From Haliotis rufescens (taxonomy: Eukaryota): 64,000 nucleotides of DNA. Positions 52,013-64,000 of the stretch are shown here, one piece after another; position 1 is the stretch's first letter, and every line of letters starts with the position of its first letter. The translations under genes and the position numbers were made by a program. Under the pieces are notes generated by a model. It was not told where the DNA came from. It saw only the letters and a program-made list of their open reading frames with translations, and did not search any database. The stretch covers positions 44,888,001 through 44,952,000 of the forward strand of contig NW_025963780.1 in assembly GCF_023055435.1 (NCBI RefSeq), in the 5' to 3' direction.

Positions 52013-53850
52013 TCGCTCTTAATTGTAAAACAGAAGTTATTCATCCATAATTTCTTATCCTTACTTAGTACTCCCACTTCTAAATGCCTATCAAAGAAGA
52101 AGATCTTAGTATAGTCGACTAACGTTTGATAGTAAGCAAACGGTACTCACTATCACCATGTCTCGAATCTACCCTTGCCTAGCTCGGCGGTCGTCGTTAT
52201 TGAGTGTCATTGCATTCTAAGTTGGAGAATTAGTGACCCGGCTGTTTCATTCTCTTGTGATTTAACGGCACACACTTACCATGTATTGACTTGATGTGTG
52301 TTATCTCCGATATGTTCGCTACCTTATTCCTGTATTGATGTGTTTGTAACTGTGATATCCGAACATACGATTATTTAAATGTACACTAAAATGTTTCTCG
52401 TGTATTTGTGACGATATTTGCCTCCTCAAAAATTCTACATGGCTTGTTGTAAATATTTAATGATACCGTCAGATAGCGTTTGTTCAGCGCTTTAATTTGG
52501 TACTCACATCATCCTTAGCTATTTGTGTTTTCCCAATGTTTAGAAACACTTGGGCTCAGCGCCCCCAACTGTTGTATTCCCTGCTATCCAGGGTAGATTG
52601 GCCTCTCTGATACTCTTTCTAGATCTTGGATTGTTTCCCCCCAAGGATCCGTCAGAGCCTTTGCTACGTGGTGGTCGTACGAAACTTAGGTTTTCTTAGT
52701 AAGTGATTACGGGGAATGTTTATTCTAGTACGGAGTTACTGTGGTTGTATTGAGCTAAACGTATTGACTAGGGTTTCCAATTATCCGTTTTATTTTTGTT
52801 TAATGACCCCCCTAAACACTGGACCACAGCTCCCTGACACCCACACGTATATATCCAGTTTGCCACATTTCCGTTAACGGTGTTTCCAGCAACTTCTAAT
52901 ACTCCATTAATAAACAACCACCACCTGAAATAACAACACTAAGAATAGACACACGATATTAATTTTAGATGCGTTAACATCAGTTCAATAATATATTCAG
53001 CAAATGCATATCACTGGCACATGCCTTATTTAGTTAGGTAATAAACAATATGCTCCAAAAACATATTATCATAAAACTAAAACTCTCAATTTCTCATCAA
53101 ATGCTCGCCCAGGTGTTACCATGACGACGTTCTAATTTAATGAAGACATTGCCAATACAGACTAAATGACCCAGAGGAGTAACGAAATGTTCTAATTAAG
53201 CCGAAATTTCTACTGAAATGATTCTAGTTGTCAGATTTCAAATGATGATAAAGAAAAGAGGAAGGAATACGATATCAGGTAATGCTGTCATTACCCCGAG
53301 AAAGTATTTCCTTTTCTGTTTTCTTTGTCTAGTTATCCGGTTGCTACGTGATTCAACTGTATGACGTTTGGAGCATTTAGAAACTCAGTGATTGATTAGA
53401 AGATCTGTTAGTTGCGCATAAAATCAAAATAACTCTTTTCTGTCATTTATTGTATTAATTGTAATTGAGCATACATGTAAATTTATAAATTGTGGATAGA
53501 ATATGTTTAAACTAAAAGCATCTAGCATCCTAACGAATAAGGTCCTGACTTAATGGATGTGAGCCAAGATCCGACCCCATATAGCTCGCACGTCCGTTTC
53601 TCCCTTGCTTCAACATACAGGCGATGTTCTTAGCACAATATAGGACAGTGTCCAGGAGAAATTCATGCTAACAAATATTTTCTATTGGACCAAACAAAAT
53701 ACGCTGAATCTTTTCAACTGATTATAACGTGGCATCGTTTACGATCTACGTCACTTTGAGCTACAACCCTTTACAATCGTACGTGTGTTCTTCGGTGTCA
53801 CACCGATGTGAAATGAAATGAATAGTTTAAGTTCACTTCATTCATGGAAC

Positions 53851-54130
53851 ACCCGTGAAGACCCGGGGTAGAATAGGTCTTCAGCAACCCATTCTTGCCG
53901 TAAAGGAGACTATGCTTGTCGTAAGAGGCAACTAACAGGATCGGGTGGTGAGGCTCGCTGACTTGGATGATGCATGTCATCATATCCCAATTGCGTGGAT
54001 CGATGCTCATGATGTCCATCGCTAGTATGTCTGGTCCAGACTTGATTATTTACAGATCGCCGTCATATAGCTGGAATATTGGTGAGTGCGGCGTTAAACA
54101 ATAAAGAAACAAACAAACAAACAAACAAAA
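53851..54130 (+). mobile_element. Family A element with duplicated hairpin unit
   Basis: ACCCGTGAAGACCCGGGGTAGAATAGGTCTTCAGCAACCC head; GCGGCGTTAAA and (AAAC)n tail. Confidence 0.9.
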
Positions 54131-55952
54131 CACATCCTACATGGAAAGTGCCTTCCTTACATCCTCTCCACCAGTGTTTACACTGATCACAAACTGCTCA
54201 CGGTATACCAATCAGACCTACAGGCCTGACTCCGGCCCTGGGTAGGAAGAAATCACAACAAAAAACATAATTATTATGATTAACATATTTTATTCGAGTA
54301 TTGTATTGGAGAAAAGGTTATTCCTGATGTAAGGCCACAGGTGTATATGCATGTATATATGAGGTTGGAGTAGGAACAAATGCTATTTACAAGCCCCAAT
54401 AGCTACTTATACAGCTGCGTAGCTCACCCTTCGGCAAGCATGTCAGAAATACAGTAACGAACTCCTCTTAGACGGCGTAATACTAAATCCAAAATACAAA
54501 TTAACTTTAATGCAATACACACTGGAAGCAAAGATGGCCGTTACAAAATAACAAATATTTTGACATTAATTGATGTTAATCTATGAATGTATGTTACGCT
54601 TCTAAATGTCATATTTAAAATTGTCCAGAGTTGTAAATTGATGATTTACAACCTTTGAGAATGCAGCAAAGGTTTATGTTTCTTCCAATGACTTCTTTCC
54701 TCAAATGAAATACATATATCCAGGGAATTATTTGTTTGTTAAATACCCCAGATTACTTAGCATTGTCGAGAATATCCCGGGGAATTTAAAGATTTAAGCA
54801 AAAGAAGCTTAAACAACTTGAGTTTAAATTTCTTGATCATGCTATTAAATAATATAGTCAGCAAAATTCTTTTAGGGGCTGAGTTGCAAAAGTTAAAGGC
54901 TGTAAGCGACTGTAACATGTTATATCCTTGCAGACACCAAGCACTTCTACATTACACGTCGAGTATGTGTAGTCATGAAACTGGAATGTAATACAAAGGG
55001 TCTTGCCATACCTCCAGGTCAAAATGACGAGATCTGATTGGTCCACGTGATTTTGATTAAATACGTTATCATACCTCCATGTCAGAATGATGAGATCTCA
55101 TTGAACCACGTGATCTTGATTAAATACAAAGTATCCATCCTTGGTGGGAAAAACATTTCTCAGGGGGAAAATAAATCACTCATATCCCGCCACGAGCAAG
55201 TCAAGCTGCACGTGGATTCGGAGAGGCATAATACATCCCTTTTGCCCGTCTTCGAAGCAAAAAGCAAGTCAATGAAAGTCACGTCACACAGCACAAGCTA
55301 ACCTCCGCTCAGCTCGAGCAGCTGTTTCCTATTAATTTTGAATTTGTTTTAATTATTTTACAATGTCATACTAAAACATGCCGGTAAGATACATTCGTTG
55401 TCGCAGGATCACGCGGTGCTTTATACGTCCCTCGCCTCAGCCTCGCCTGGTGCAAAACCTAACGTGGGACGCATAAATCCCATCTACCTCTCGTGTTCCT
55501 GCTTTAAGTTAAAGTATGGCATATGCTTCGTTCTATGTGTTCTTATTGAGACTGGAATGCATGTATGGGACTTTGAAGCAACAGAGAACATGCTGAAAAG
55601 CATTACAATACACATAAATGTATACACAAAACCCACATCACGCATGTTACCAATATATTATGAAGACTAAAACTAGAGGGACCGTTCGGCAAATGAAAGT
55701 ATACACAATGCATGCCTTAACATGTGTGAATATAACAGACATAAATGTAGCTATGTTTTAATTACTATAAAGGTTAGTGAATTGAAGACACAGGTAATGA
55801 ACTTAACATTACGTCTGCATGATCACAAGTACTGAGTCTTATGTTCGGTGAAACATGTCACACACATATTGATAATATCTTAATAGAACAATTTCGTTTC
55901 ACCCATGCTTTGAACTTGCCCTGGCTGTTAGTTATTTGTTTGGAAACTACAT

Positions 55953-58680
55953 GTTGCATGTTAAAGATCAGCCTTGACACTATGCATATTAATGATCAGC
56001 CTTGACACTATGCACGATAGTGATCAGCCTTGACACTATGAATGTTTATGATCAGCCTTGACACTTAGCCTGTTGATGATCAGCTTTGACACTATGCATG
56101 TTAATGATCAGCTTTGACACTATGAATGTTGATGATCAGCTTTGACACTATGCATGTTAATGATCAGCCTTGACACTATGCATGTTAATGATCAGCTTTG
56201 ACACTATGCACGTTAATGATCAGCCTTGACACTATGCATATTAATGATCAGCCTCGACACTATGCACGTTAATGATCAGCCTTGACACTATGCATATTAA
56301 TGATCAGCCAGGACACTATGGATGTTAATGATCAGGCAGGATGCTATGCACGTTAATAATCAGCTTTGACACTATGCACGTTAATGATCAGCCTTGACAC
56401 TATGCATATTAATGATCAGCCTCGACACTATGCACGTTAATGATCAGCCTTGACACTATGCATATTAATGATCAGCCAGGACACTATGAATGTTAATGAT
56501 CAGGCAGGATGCTATGCACGTTAATGATCAGCTTTGACACTATGCGTCTTAATGACCAGCCTTGACACTATGCATGTTAATGATCAGCCTGAAAGATTTG
56601 CATGTTAATGATCATCCTTGACACTATATAGTTAATGATCAGCCTTGACACTATGCACGTTAATGATCAGCCTTGACATTATGCGTCTTAATGACCAGCC
56701 TTGACACTATGCATGTAAAAGATCAGCCTGAAAGATTTGCATGTTAATGATCAGCCTTGACACTATGCATGTAAATGATCAGCCTTGACACTATGCATGT
56801 TAATGATCAGCCTTGACACTATGCGTCTTAATGACCAGCCTTGACACTATGCATGTTAATGATAAGCCTTGACACTATGCATTTTAATGATCAGCCTTGA
56901 CACTTTATGTGTTAATGACCAGCCTTGACACTTTGTTAGTTAATGACCAGCCTTGACACTTTTTGTGTAAATGATCAGCCTTGACACTTTGCCTGTTAAT
57001 GATCAGCCTTGACACTATGCATGTTAATGATCAGCCTTGACACTATGCATTTTAATGACCAGCCTTGACACTTTGTGTGTTAATGACCAGCCTTGACACT
57101 TTGTGTGTTAAAGATCAGCCTTGACACTTTGTGTGTTAATGATCAGCCTTGACACTTTGCCTGTTAATCTCCAGACTTGACACTATGCATGTTAATGATC
57201 AGCCGGGATGCTATGCATGTTAATGATCAGGCTTCACACTATGCATGATAATGATCAGCCTGAAAGCTTTGCTTGTTAATGATCAGCCTTGACACTATGC
57301 ATGTTAATGATCAGCCTTGACACTATGCGTCTTAATGACCAGCCTTGACACTATGCATGTTAATGATCAGCCTGAAAGATTTGCATGTTAATGATCAGCA
57401 TTGACACTATGCATGTAAATGTTCAGCCTTGACACTATGTATGTTAATGATCAGCCAGGATGCAATGTATTTTAATGATCAGCCTTGACACTATGCATGT
57501 TAATGATCAGCCGGGATGCTATGCATGTAAATGATCAGCCTTGACACTATGCATGTTAATGATCAGCCAGGATGCAATGCATGTTAATGATCAGCCTTGA
57601 CACGTTTTGTGTTAATGATCAGTCTTGATACTATGCATGTTAATGATCAGCCTTGACACGTTTTTTGTCAATGATCAGTCTTGATACTATGCATGTTAAT
57701 GATCAGCCAGGACACAATGCATGTTAATGATCAGCCTTGATACTATGCATCTTAATGATCAGCCTTGACACTTTGAGTGTTAATGATCAGTCTTGATACT
57801 ATGCATGTTAGTGATCAGCCAGGACACAATGCATGTTAATGATCAGCCTTGATATTATGCATCTTAATGATCAGCCTTGACACGTTTTGTGTTAATGATC
57901 AGTCTTGATACTATGCATGTTAATGATCAGCCTTGACACTATGCATGTTAATGATCAGCCTTGACACTTTGTGTGCTAATGATCAGCCTTGACTTTTTGT
58001 GTGTTAATGATCAGCCTTGACACTATGCATGTTAATGATCAGCCTTGACACTATGCATGTTAATGATCAGCCTTGACACTATGCATGTTAATGATCAGCC
58101 TGAAAGCTTTGCATGTTAATGATCAGCCTTGACACTTTTTAAGTTAATGATCAGCCTGAAAGCTTTGCATGTAAAGATCAGCCTTGACACTATACATGTT
58201 AATGATCAGCCTTGACACTATGCATGTTAATGTCCAGCCTTGGTACTATGCATGTTAATGTCCAGCCTTGACACTATGCATGTTAATAATCAGCCTTGAC
58301 ACTATGCATGTTAATGATCAGCCTTGACACTATGCATGTTAATGATCAGCCTTGACACTATGCATGTTAATGATCAGCCTGAAAGCTTTGCATGTTAATG
58401 ATCAGCCTTGACACTTTTTAAGTTAATGATCAGCCTGAAAGCTTTGCATGTAAAGATCAGCCTTGACACTATACATGTTAATGATCAGCCTTGACACTAT
58501 GCATGTTAATGTCCAGCCTTGGTACTATGCATGTTAATGTCCAGCCTTGACACTATGCATGTTAATAATCAGCCTTGACACTATGCATGTTAATGATCAG
58601 CCAATACACTATGCTGGTTAATGATCAGCCAGGACGCTATGCATGCTAATGATCAGCCAGGATACTTTGCATGTTAATCA
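55953..58680. repeat. 28-bp satellite, ~97 copies, moderately diverged
   Basis: Unit ATGCATGTTAATGATCAGCCTTGACACT. Confidence 0.97.
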
Positions 58681-59639
58681 TGAATCTGGAAGCTATTCAT
58701 CAGAAAATGACATGCAATGTGAGGGCTCAATGACCTTGTTACATTTAATAGTTCTTTCAAATCGATCTCTATCACGACAAATCTATTTCTATTCTAAAAT
58801 ATTGCGAAACCCCGCTTAACAGCAAGCTGCTGTTCCCAATGAAATGTTCAGTAATACATATTCAGATCAACAGGTTGGACTATCAAAGAGTAGGCGTTGA
58901 ATGGATGCTACTCAACATTCGATCGTGCTGTCAAGACAGCTGGTCTTCGTTTCGTTGAAATGCCATGCCAAATTATAAATGTTATTGTCCTACACCACCA
59001 TATCGGATGCCTAAATGACAATAAAAAACACTGTCAAGAAGGCCAAAATATAACTTGGATGAATTCAGTGCAATGCGAAAAGTAAACTGTCAAGCTTTGT
59101 CAAATGTTGACTATAATTCTAATCTAATAATGATATACATACATGTGACTGGGGACCGACCATTGTATATCCATGTCTTGAAGCAGTGACAGCACAGGGC
59201 ACCCCGTACCTCCCCTCAGTATTAAATGAACGGTCCCTTAATCATATATCACAATCACAATAGATCGTATATCACAATCATCTTGACATTGCTCGTCACG
59301 TTGAGAGGGGTGAACGTTAAGTACACAAGTAACACAACTGATATATAGCATGCCTCGCATTTACACGTCCTGTGCTAGTGGCCGCTCATTTAATCATTTC
59401 TGGGGGGAGGCGGTGGCAAGGATATTTGTTTTGGAAAAATATAACATTCTTCCCATAAATGCTGGAAAAGTATTTTGACCTCAGGTTTCGCCAAAACAAA
59501 TCTATTACTAGACATGCGTTCATGTTTTGAAAAATGGTTTTATGCGGGTTCCCAAAATTGTTTGGCTCATCAGAAAAACATCGTGTGTCTTCAGGAGCCG
59601 AGTATAATAATCTGTCTCAATTAAACAAACTCAGCACGC

Positions 59640-62600
59640 CTCCCTTCTCCCCCCACCCACTCCTCCCTCCCACTCGCCCCTCCACCTCCCTCCTCACCCC
59701 TCCCACTCATCCCTTCCACTCATCCCCCCCACTCGCCCCTCCCAGTCCCTTCTCACCCCTTCCACTCACCCCTCCCACTCGTCCCTCACACTCCATTCTC
59801 ACCCCTCCTACTCGCCCCTCATCCCCCCACTCACCTCTCCCGCTCACTCCTTCCACTCACCCTCCCCCTCGCCCCTCCCACTCCCTTCTCAGCCTCCCAC
59901 TCACCCCTCCCAGTCACCCCTCCCACTCACCCCTCTCACTCACCCCTCCCACTCACCCCTCCCACTCCCTTCTCCCCCCTTCCACTCACCCCTCCCACTC
60001 ACCCCTCCCACTCACCTCTCCCACTCGCCCATCCAACTCACCCCCTCACTCACCCCTCTCACTCACCCCTCTCACTCACCCCTCCCACTCACCCCTCTCA
60101 CTCACCCCTCTCGCTCACCCCTCTCACTCACCCCTCTCGCTCACCCCTCCCAGTCACCCCTCTCACTCACTACTCCCACTCACCCCTCTCGCTCACCCCT
60201 CTCACTCACCCCTCCCACTCACCCCTCTCACTCATCCCTCCCAGTCACCCCTCTCACTCGCCCCTCCCAGTCACCCCTCTCACTCACTACTCCCACTCAC
60301 CCCTCTCGCTCATCCCTCCCAGTCACCCCTCTCACTCGCCCCTCCCACTAACCTCTCCCAGTCACTCCTCTCACTCACCCCTCCCACTCACCCTTCTCAC
60401 TCACCCCTCTCACTCACCCCTCCCACTCGCCCATCCAACTCACCCCTCCCACTCACCCCTCTCGCTCACCCGTCTCAGTCAACCCTCCCACTCGCCCCTC
60501 CCAGTCACCCCTACCACCCACCCCTCTCACTCACCCCTCTCACTCACCCCTCCCAGTCACCCCTCTCACTCACCCCTCCCAGTCACCCCTCTCACTCACC
60601 TCTCCCACTCACCCCTTCCACTCACCCCTCCCACTCGCCCCTCCTACTCCTTTCTCACCCTCCCACTCACCCCTCCCACTCAGCCCTTCCACTCCCTTCT
60701 CACCCCTCCCACTCACCTCTCCCACTCACCTCTCCCACTCGCCCCTCCCACTCCCTTCTCACCCCTTCCACTCACCCCTCCCACTCCCTTCTCACCCCTC
60801 CCACTCGCACCTCCCGCTACCTTCTCACACCTCCCACTCACCCCTCCCACTCACCCCTCCCACTCCCTTCTCACCCCTCCCACTCGCACCTCCCGCTACC
60901 TTCTCACACCTCCCACTCACCTCTCCCACTCGCCCCTCCCACTCCCTTCTCACCCCTTCCACTCACCCCTCCCACTCGCCCCTCCTACTCCTTTCTCACC
61001 CTCCCACTCACCCCTCCCACTCAGCCCTTCCACTCCCTTCTCACCCCTCCCACTCACCTCTCCCACTCACCTCTCCCACTCGCCCCTCCCACTCCCTTCT
61101 CACCCCTTCCACTCACCCCTCCCACTCCCTTCTCACCCCTCCCACTCGCACCTCCCGCTACCTTCTCACACCTTCCACTCACCCCTCCCACTCCCTTCTC
61201 ACCCCTCCCACTCGCACCTCCCGCTACCTTCTCACACCTCCCACTCACCCCTCCCACTCACCCCTCCCACTCCCTTCTCACCCCTCCCACTCGCACCTCC
61301 CGCTACCTTCTCACACCTCCCACTCACCCCTCCCACTCACCCCTCCCACTCCCTTCTCACCCCTCCCACTCGCACCTCCCGCTACCTTCTCACACCTCCC
61401 ACTCACCCCTCCCACTCACCCCTCCCACTCCCTTCTCACCCCTCCCACTCACCCCTCCCACTCCCTTCTCACCCCTCCCACTCGCACCTCCCGCTACCTT
61501 CTCACACCTTCCACTCACCCCTCCCACTCCCTTCTCACCCCTCCCACTCGCACCTCCCGCTACCTTCTCACACCTCCCACTCACCCCTCCCACTCACCCC
61601 TCCCACTCCCTTCTCACCCCTCCCACTCGCACCTCCCGCTACCTTCTCACACCTCCCACTCACCCCTCCCACTCACCCCTCCCACTCCCTTCTCACCCCT
61701 CCCACTCGCACCTCCCGCTACCTTCTCACACCTCCCACTCACCCCTCCCACTCACCCCTCCCACTCCCTTCTCACCCCTCCCACTCACCCCTCCCACTCC
61801 CTTCTCACCCCTCCCACTCGCCCCTCCCACTCCCTTCTCACACCTCCCACTCGCCCCTCCCACTCCCTTCTCACACCTCCCACTCACCCCTCCCACTCAC
61901 CCCTCCCACTCCCTTCTCACCCCTCCCACTCACACCTCCCACTCACCCCTCCCACTCCCTTCTCACACCTCCCACTCGCACCTCCCACTCACCCCTCCCA
62001 CTCCCTTCTCACCCCTCCCACTCACACCTCCCACTCACCCCTCCCACTCCCTTCTCACACCTCCCACTCACCCCTCCCACTCACCCCTCCCACTCCCTTC
62101 TCACCCCTCCCACTCACCCCTCCCACTCACCCCTCCCACTCCCTTCTCACACCTCCCACTCGCACCTCCCGCTACCTTCTCACACCTCCCACTCACCCCT
62201 CCCACTCACCCCTCCCACTCCCTTCTCACCCCTCCCACTCACCCCTCCCACTCCCTTCTCACCCCTCCCACTCGCCCCTCCCACTCCCTTCTCACACCTC
62301 CCACTCGCCCCTCCCACTCCCTTCTCACACCTCCCACTCACCCCTCCCACTCACCCCTTCCACTCCCTTCTCACCCCTCCCACTCACACCTCCCACTCAC
62401 ACCTCCCACTCACCCCTCCCACTCACCCCTTCCACTCCCTTCTCACCTCTCCCACTCGCCCCTCCCACTCCCTTCTCACCCCTTCCACTCACCCCTCCCA
62501 CTCCCTTCTCACCCCTTCCACTCACCCCTCCCACTCCCTTCTCACCCCTCCCACTCACCCCTTCCACTCCCTTCTCACCTCTCCCACTCGCCCCTCCCAC

Positions 62601-62828
62601 TCCCTTCTCACACCTCCCACTCACCCCTCCCACTCCCTTCTCACCCCTTCCACTCGCACCTCCCGCTACCTTCTCACCCCTCCCACTCACCCCTCCCACT
62701 CCCTTCTCACCCCTCCCACTCGCACCTCCCGCTACCTTCTCACACCTCCCACTCACCCCTCCCACACGCCCCTCGCACTCCTTTCTCCCCCCTTCCACTC
62801 ACCCCTCCCACTCACCCCTCCCACTCCC
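59640..62828. repeat. C/T-rich complex satellite (CCCCTCCCACTCA / CCCTTCTCA); G-rich on the minus strand
   Basis: Visible 13/22-bp subunits; 336-bp block recurrence (ORFs at 61054 and 61390). Confidence 0.96.
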
Positions 62829-63447
62829 CGGCCCGTGAGTATCACATGGTCGATCCCTCCCTACAGAATGCGACAACTGATATCCGCCTCTCACATTCCT
62901 CCTGGTAGAGATGTAAGGCAAACATATTTAGCTGCTCTGGGTCGGGGCCATTACAATGAACGTCACATTACGTCACTGTATCTACAAATATCTCTGTTTA
63001 TAATACTTCCAGTGGAAATGTCAGGCCGCAGTCTGAATCGTCCAGATTGAGAACTTGGCATCGCGACGATCCGCGTCAAGATCCGCATCCTCAGTCATTT
63101 GGGGATAAGAAGACACAACCAATACCTTGAAATGAATTGAATTAAGCCCTATAGGCACACTTCAGGTCATCCGACTTAGCTCACACAGTTCTAGGCTTAG
63201 CTACACCTACCCACAACTAAGCTATTAAAAAGAAACTTTTCACTTTTTCCCGCAATAAGAAGTTAAAATACCAAATGCTTCCCGTGCAATACTATCCGGC
63301 TGTTAACTCAAAAAGTGAACGCTTGACGCAAGAAAGTCCCGTATGCAAAGCGATGGCTAATAATACATCATCCGTTCAGAATACATGCCAAGAATTCGCA
63401 AAATAAATAAGCAATGTTAACGTTGTGCTTTCGTCCCGCAGATGAAG

Positions 63448-63999
63448 CTATATGTAGTTGTTGGGACATGTCGTTGCGGTGTTGGAGTTGGGGTAGGCGG
63501 CTCCACGACGTGAACACATGACGACCTTCAGGAAGTTACGTCTGAATTTCCGGGCACTTAGGAAATATAGATAGAAGTTGACAGCATGGCTGAGATCACA
63601 CAGAAGGTAGGCCATGTCCCTGAATATGCTCTTCCATCCCTGTTGGACGCTGTAGGGGGAGACGTGCCAGTAGACGTTCACGACGTAGTAGACACACACC
63701 GGCAGCGTCAGCAGCACGAACACTATCGACGCCGTCAACAACATTGCCGTGATCTGGACGTTGAAATTACTGCCTCTTCTGGAGTTGATGCTGTTGGTGA
63801 GGAGGGTCCGTGTTTTGAGTGAGTGCGTCGTGTCGCGGATGATGAGAACGTTGAGCGTGAAGAGTGAGATGCACGGGATGACGGCATACACAACGGAGTC
63901 GATCCAGTGCCAGACCTCTTCCACGAAGTAACGGTACTCCTCTGGTTCACCACACCGCATGACGTCCAGGTAGGAGTCGTAGATGTAGGAGTGGGTCCA
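63448..63999 (-). CDS. Class A (rhodopsin-like) peptide GPCR, FMRFamide-receptor-like; C-terminal part (ECL2 to TM7 and helix 8), 5' end outside the window
   Basis: Frame stays open to the window edge (WTHSYIYDSYLDVMRC). ECL2 Cys; TM5 WIDSVVYAVIPCISLFTLNVLII; TM6 MLLTASIVFVLLTLPVCV; TM7 SHAVNFYLYFLSARKFR. Confidence 0.9.
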   Translation of the reverse strand, partial: WTHSYIYDSYLDVMRCGEPEEYRYFVEEVWHWIDSVVYAVIPCISLFTLNVLIIRDTTHSLKTRTLLTNSINSRRGSNFNVQITAMLLTASIVFVLLTLPVCVYYVVNVYWHVSPYSVQQGWKSIFRDMAYLLCDLSHAVNFYLYFLSARKFRRNFLKVVMCSRRGAAYPNSNTATTCPNNYI

Positions 64000-64000
64000 C

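Noticed and set aside
59534-62908. 1124-aa Pro/Ser/His/Thr-rich, extensin-like ORF
   Set aside because: A C/T-rich array that rarely forms stops; 13/22-bp subunits shift the peptide pattern between frames; no signal peptide.

Overview
Repeat-dominated animal genomic DNA, probably a marine gastropod. The SINE families look like abalone (Haliotis) repeats, but that is recognition from memory and is unverified. The only clear host gene is the 3' part of a minus-strand class A peptide GPCR running off the right edge (63448 to window end). The rest is transposable elements and tandem repeats: a full-length but inactivated I-group (Nimb-like) LINE (465-6184, exact 13-bp TSD), four Tc1/mariner relics, an old RT relic, four short retroelement families sharing the LINE's 3' stem-loop tail, nine tandem arrays, and a near-perfect 6751-bp tandem duplication. 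The most interesting signal is RNA structure. The LINE begins exactly with a compact HDV-like ribozyme fold (465-522). Directly behind it is a second, covarying double-pseudoknot module (523-593). That same module forms the fixed 5' end of an abundant ~250-bp non-autonomous element (family A) with no tRNA head. I cannot assign this second module to any RNA class I know. All long ORFs inside the satellites are artefacts.
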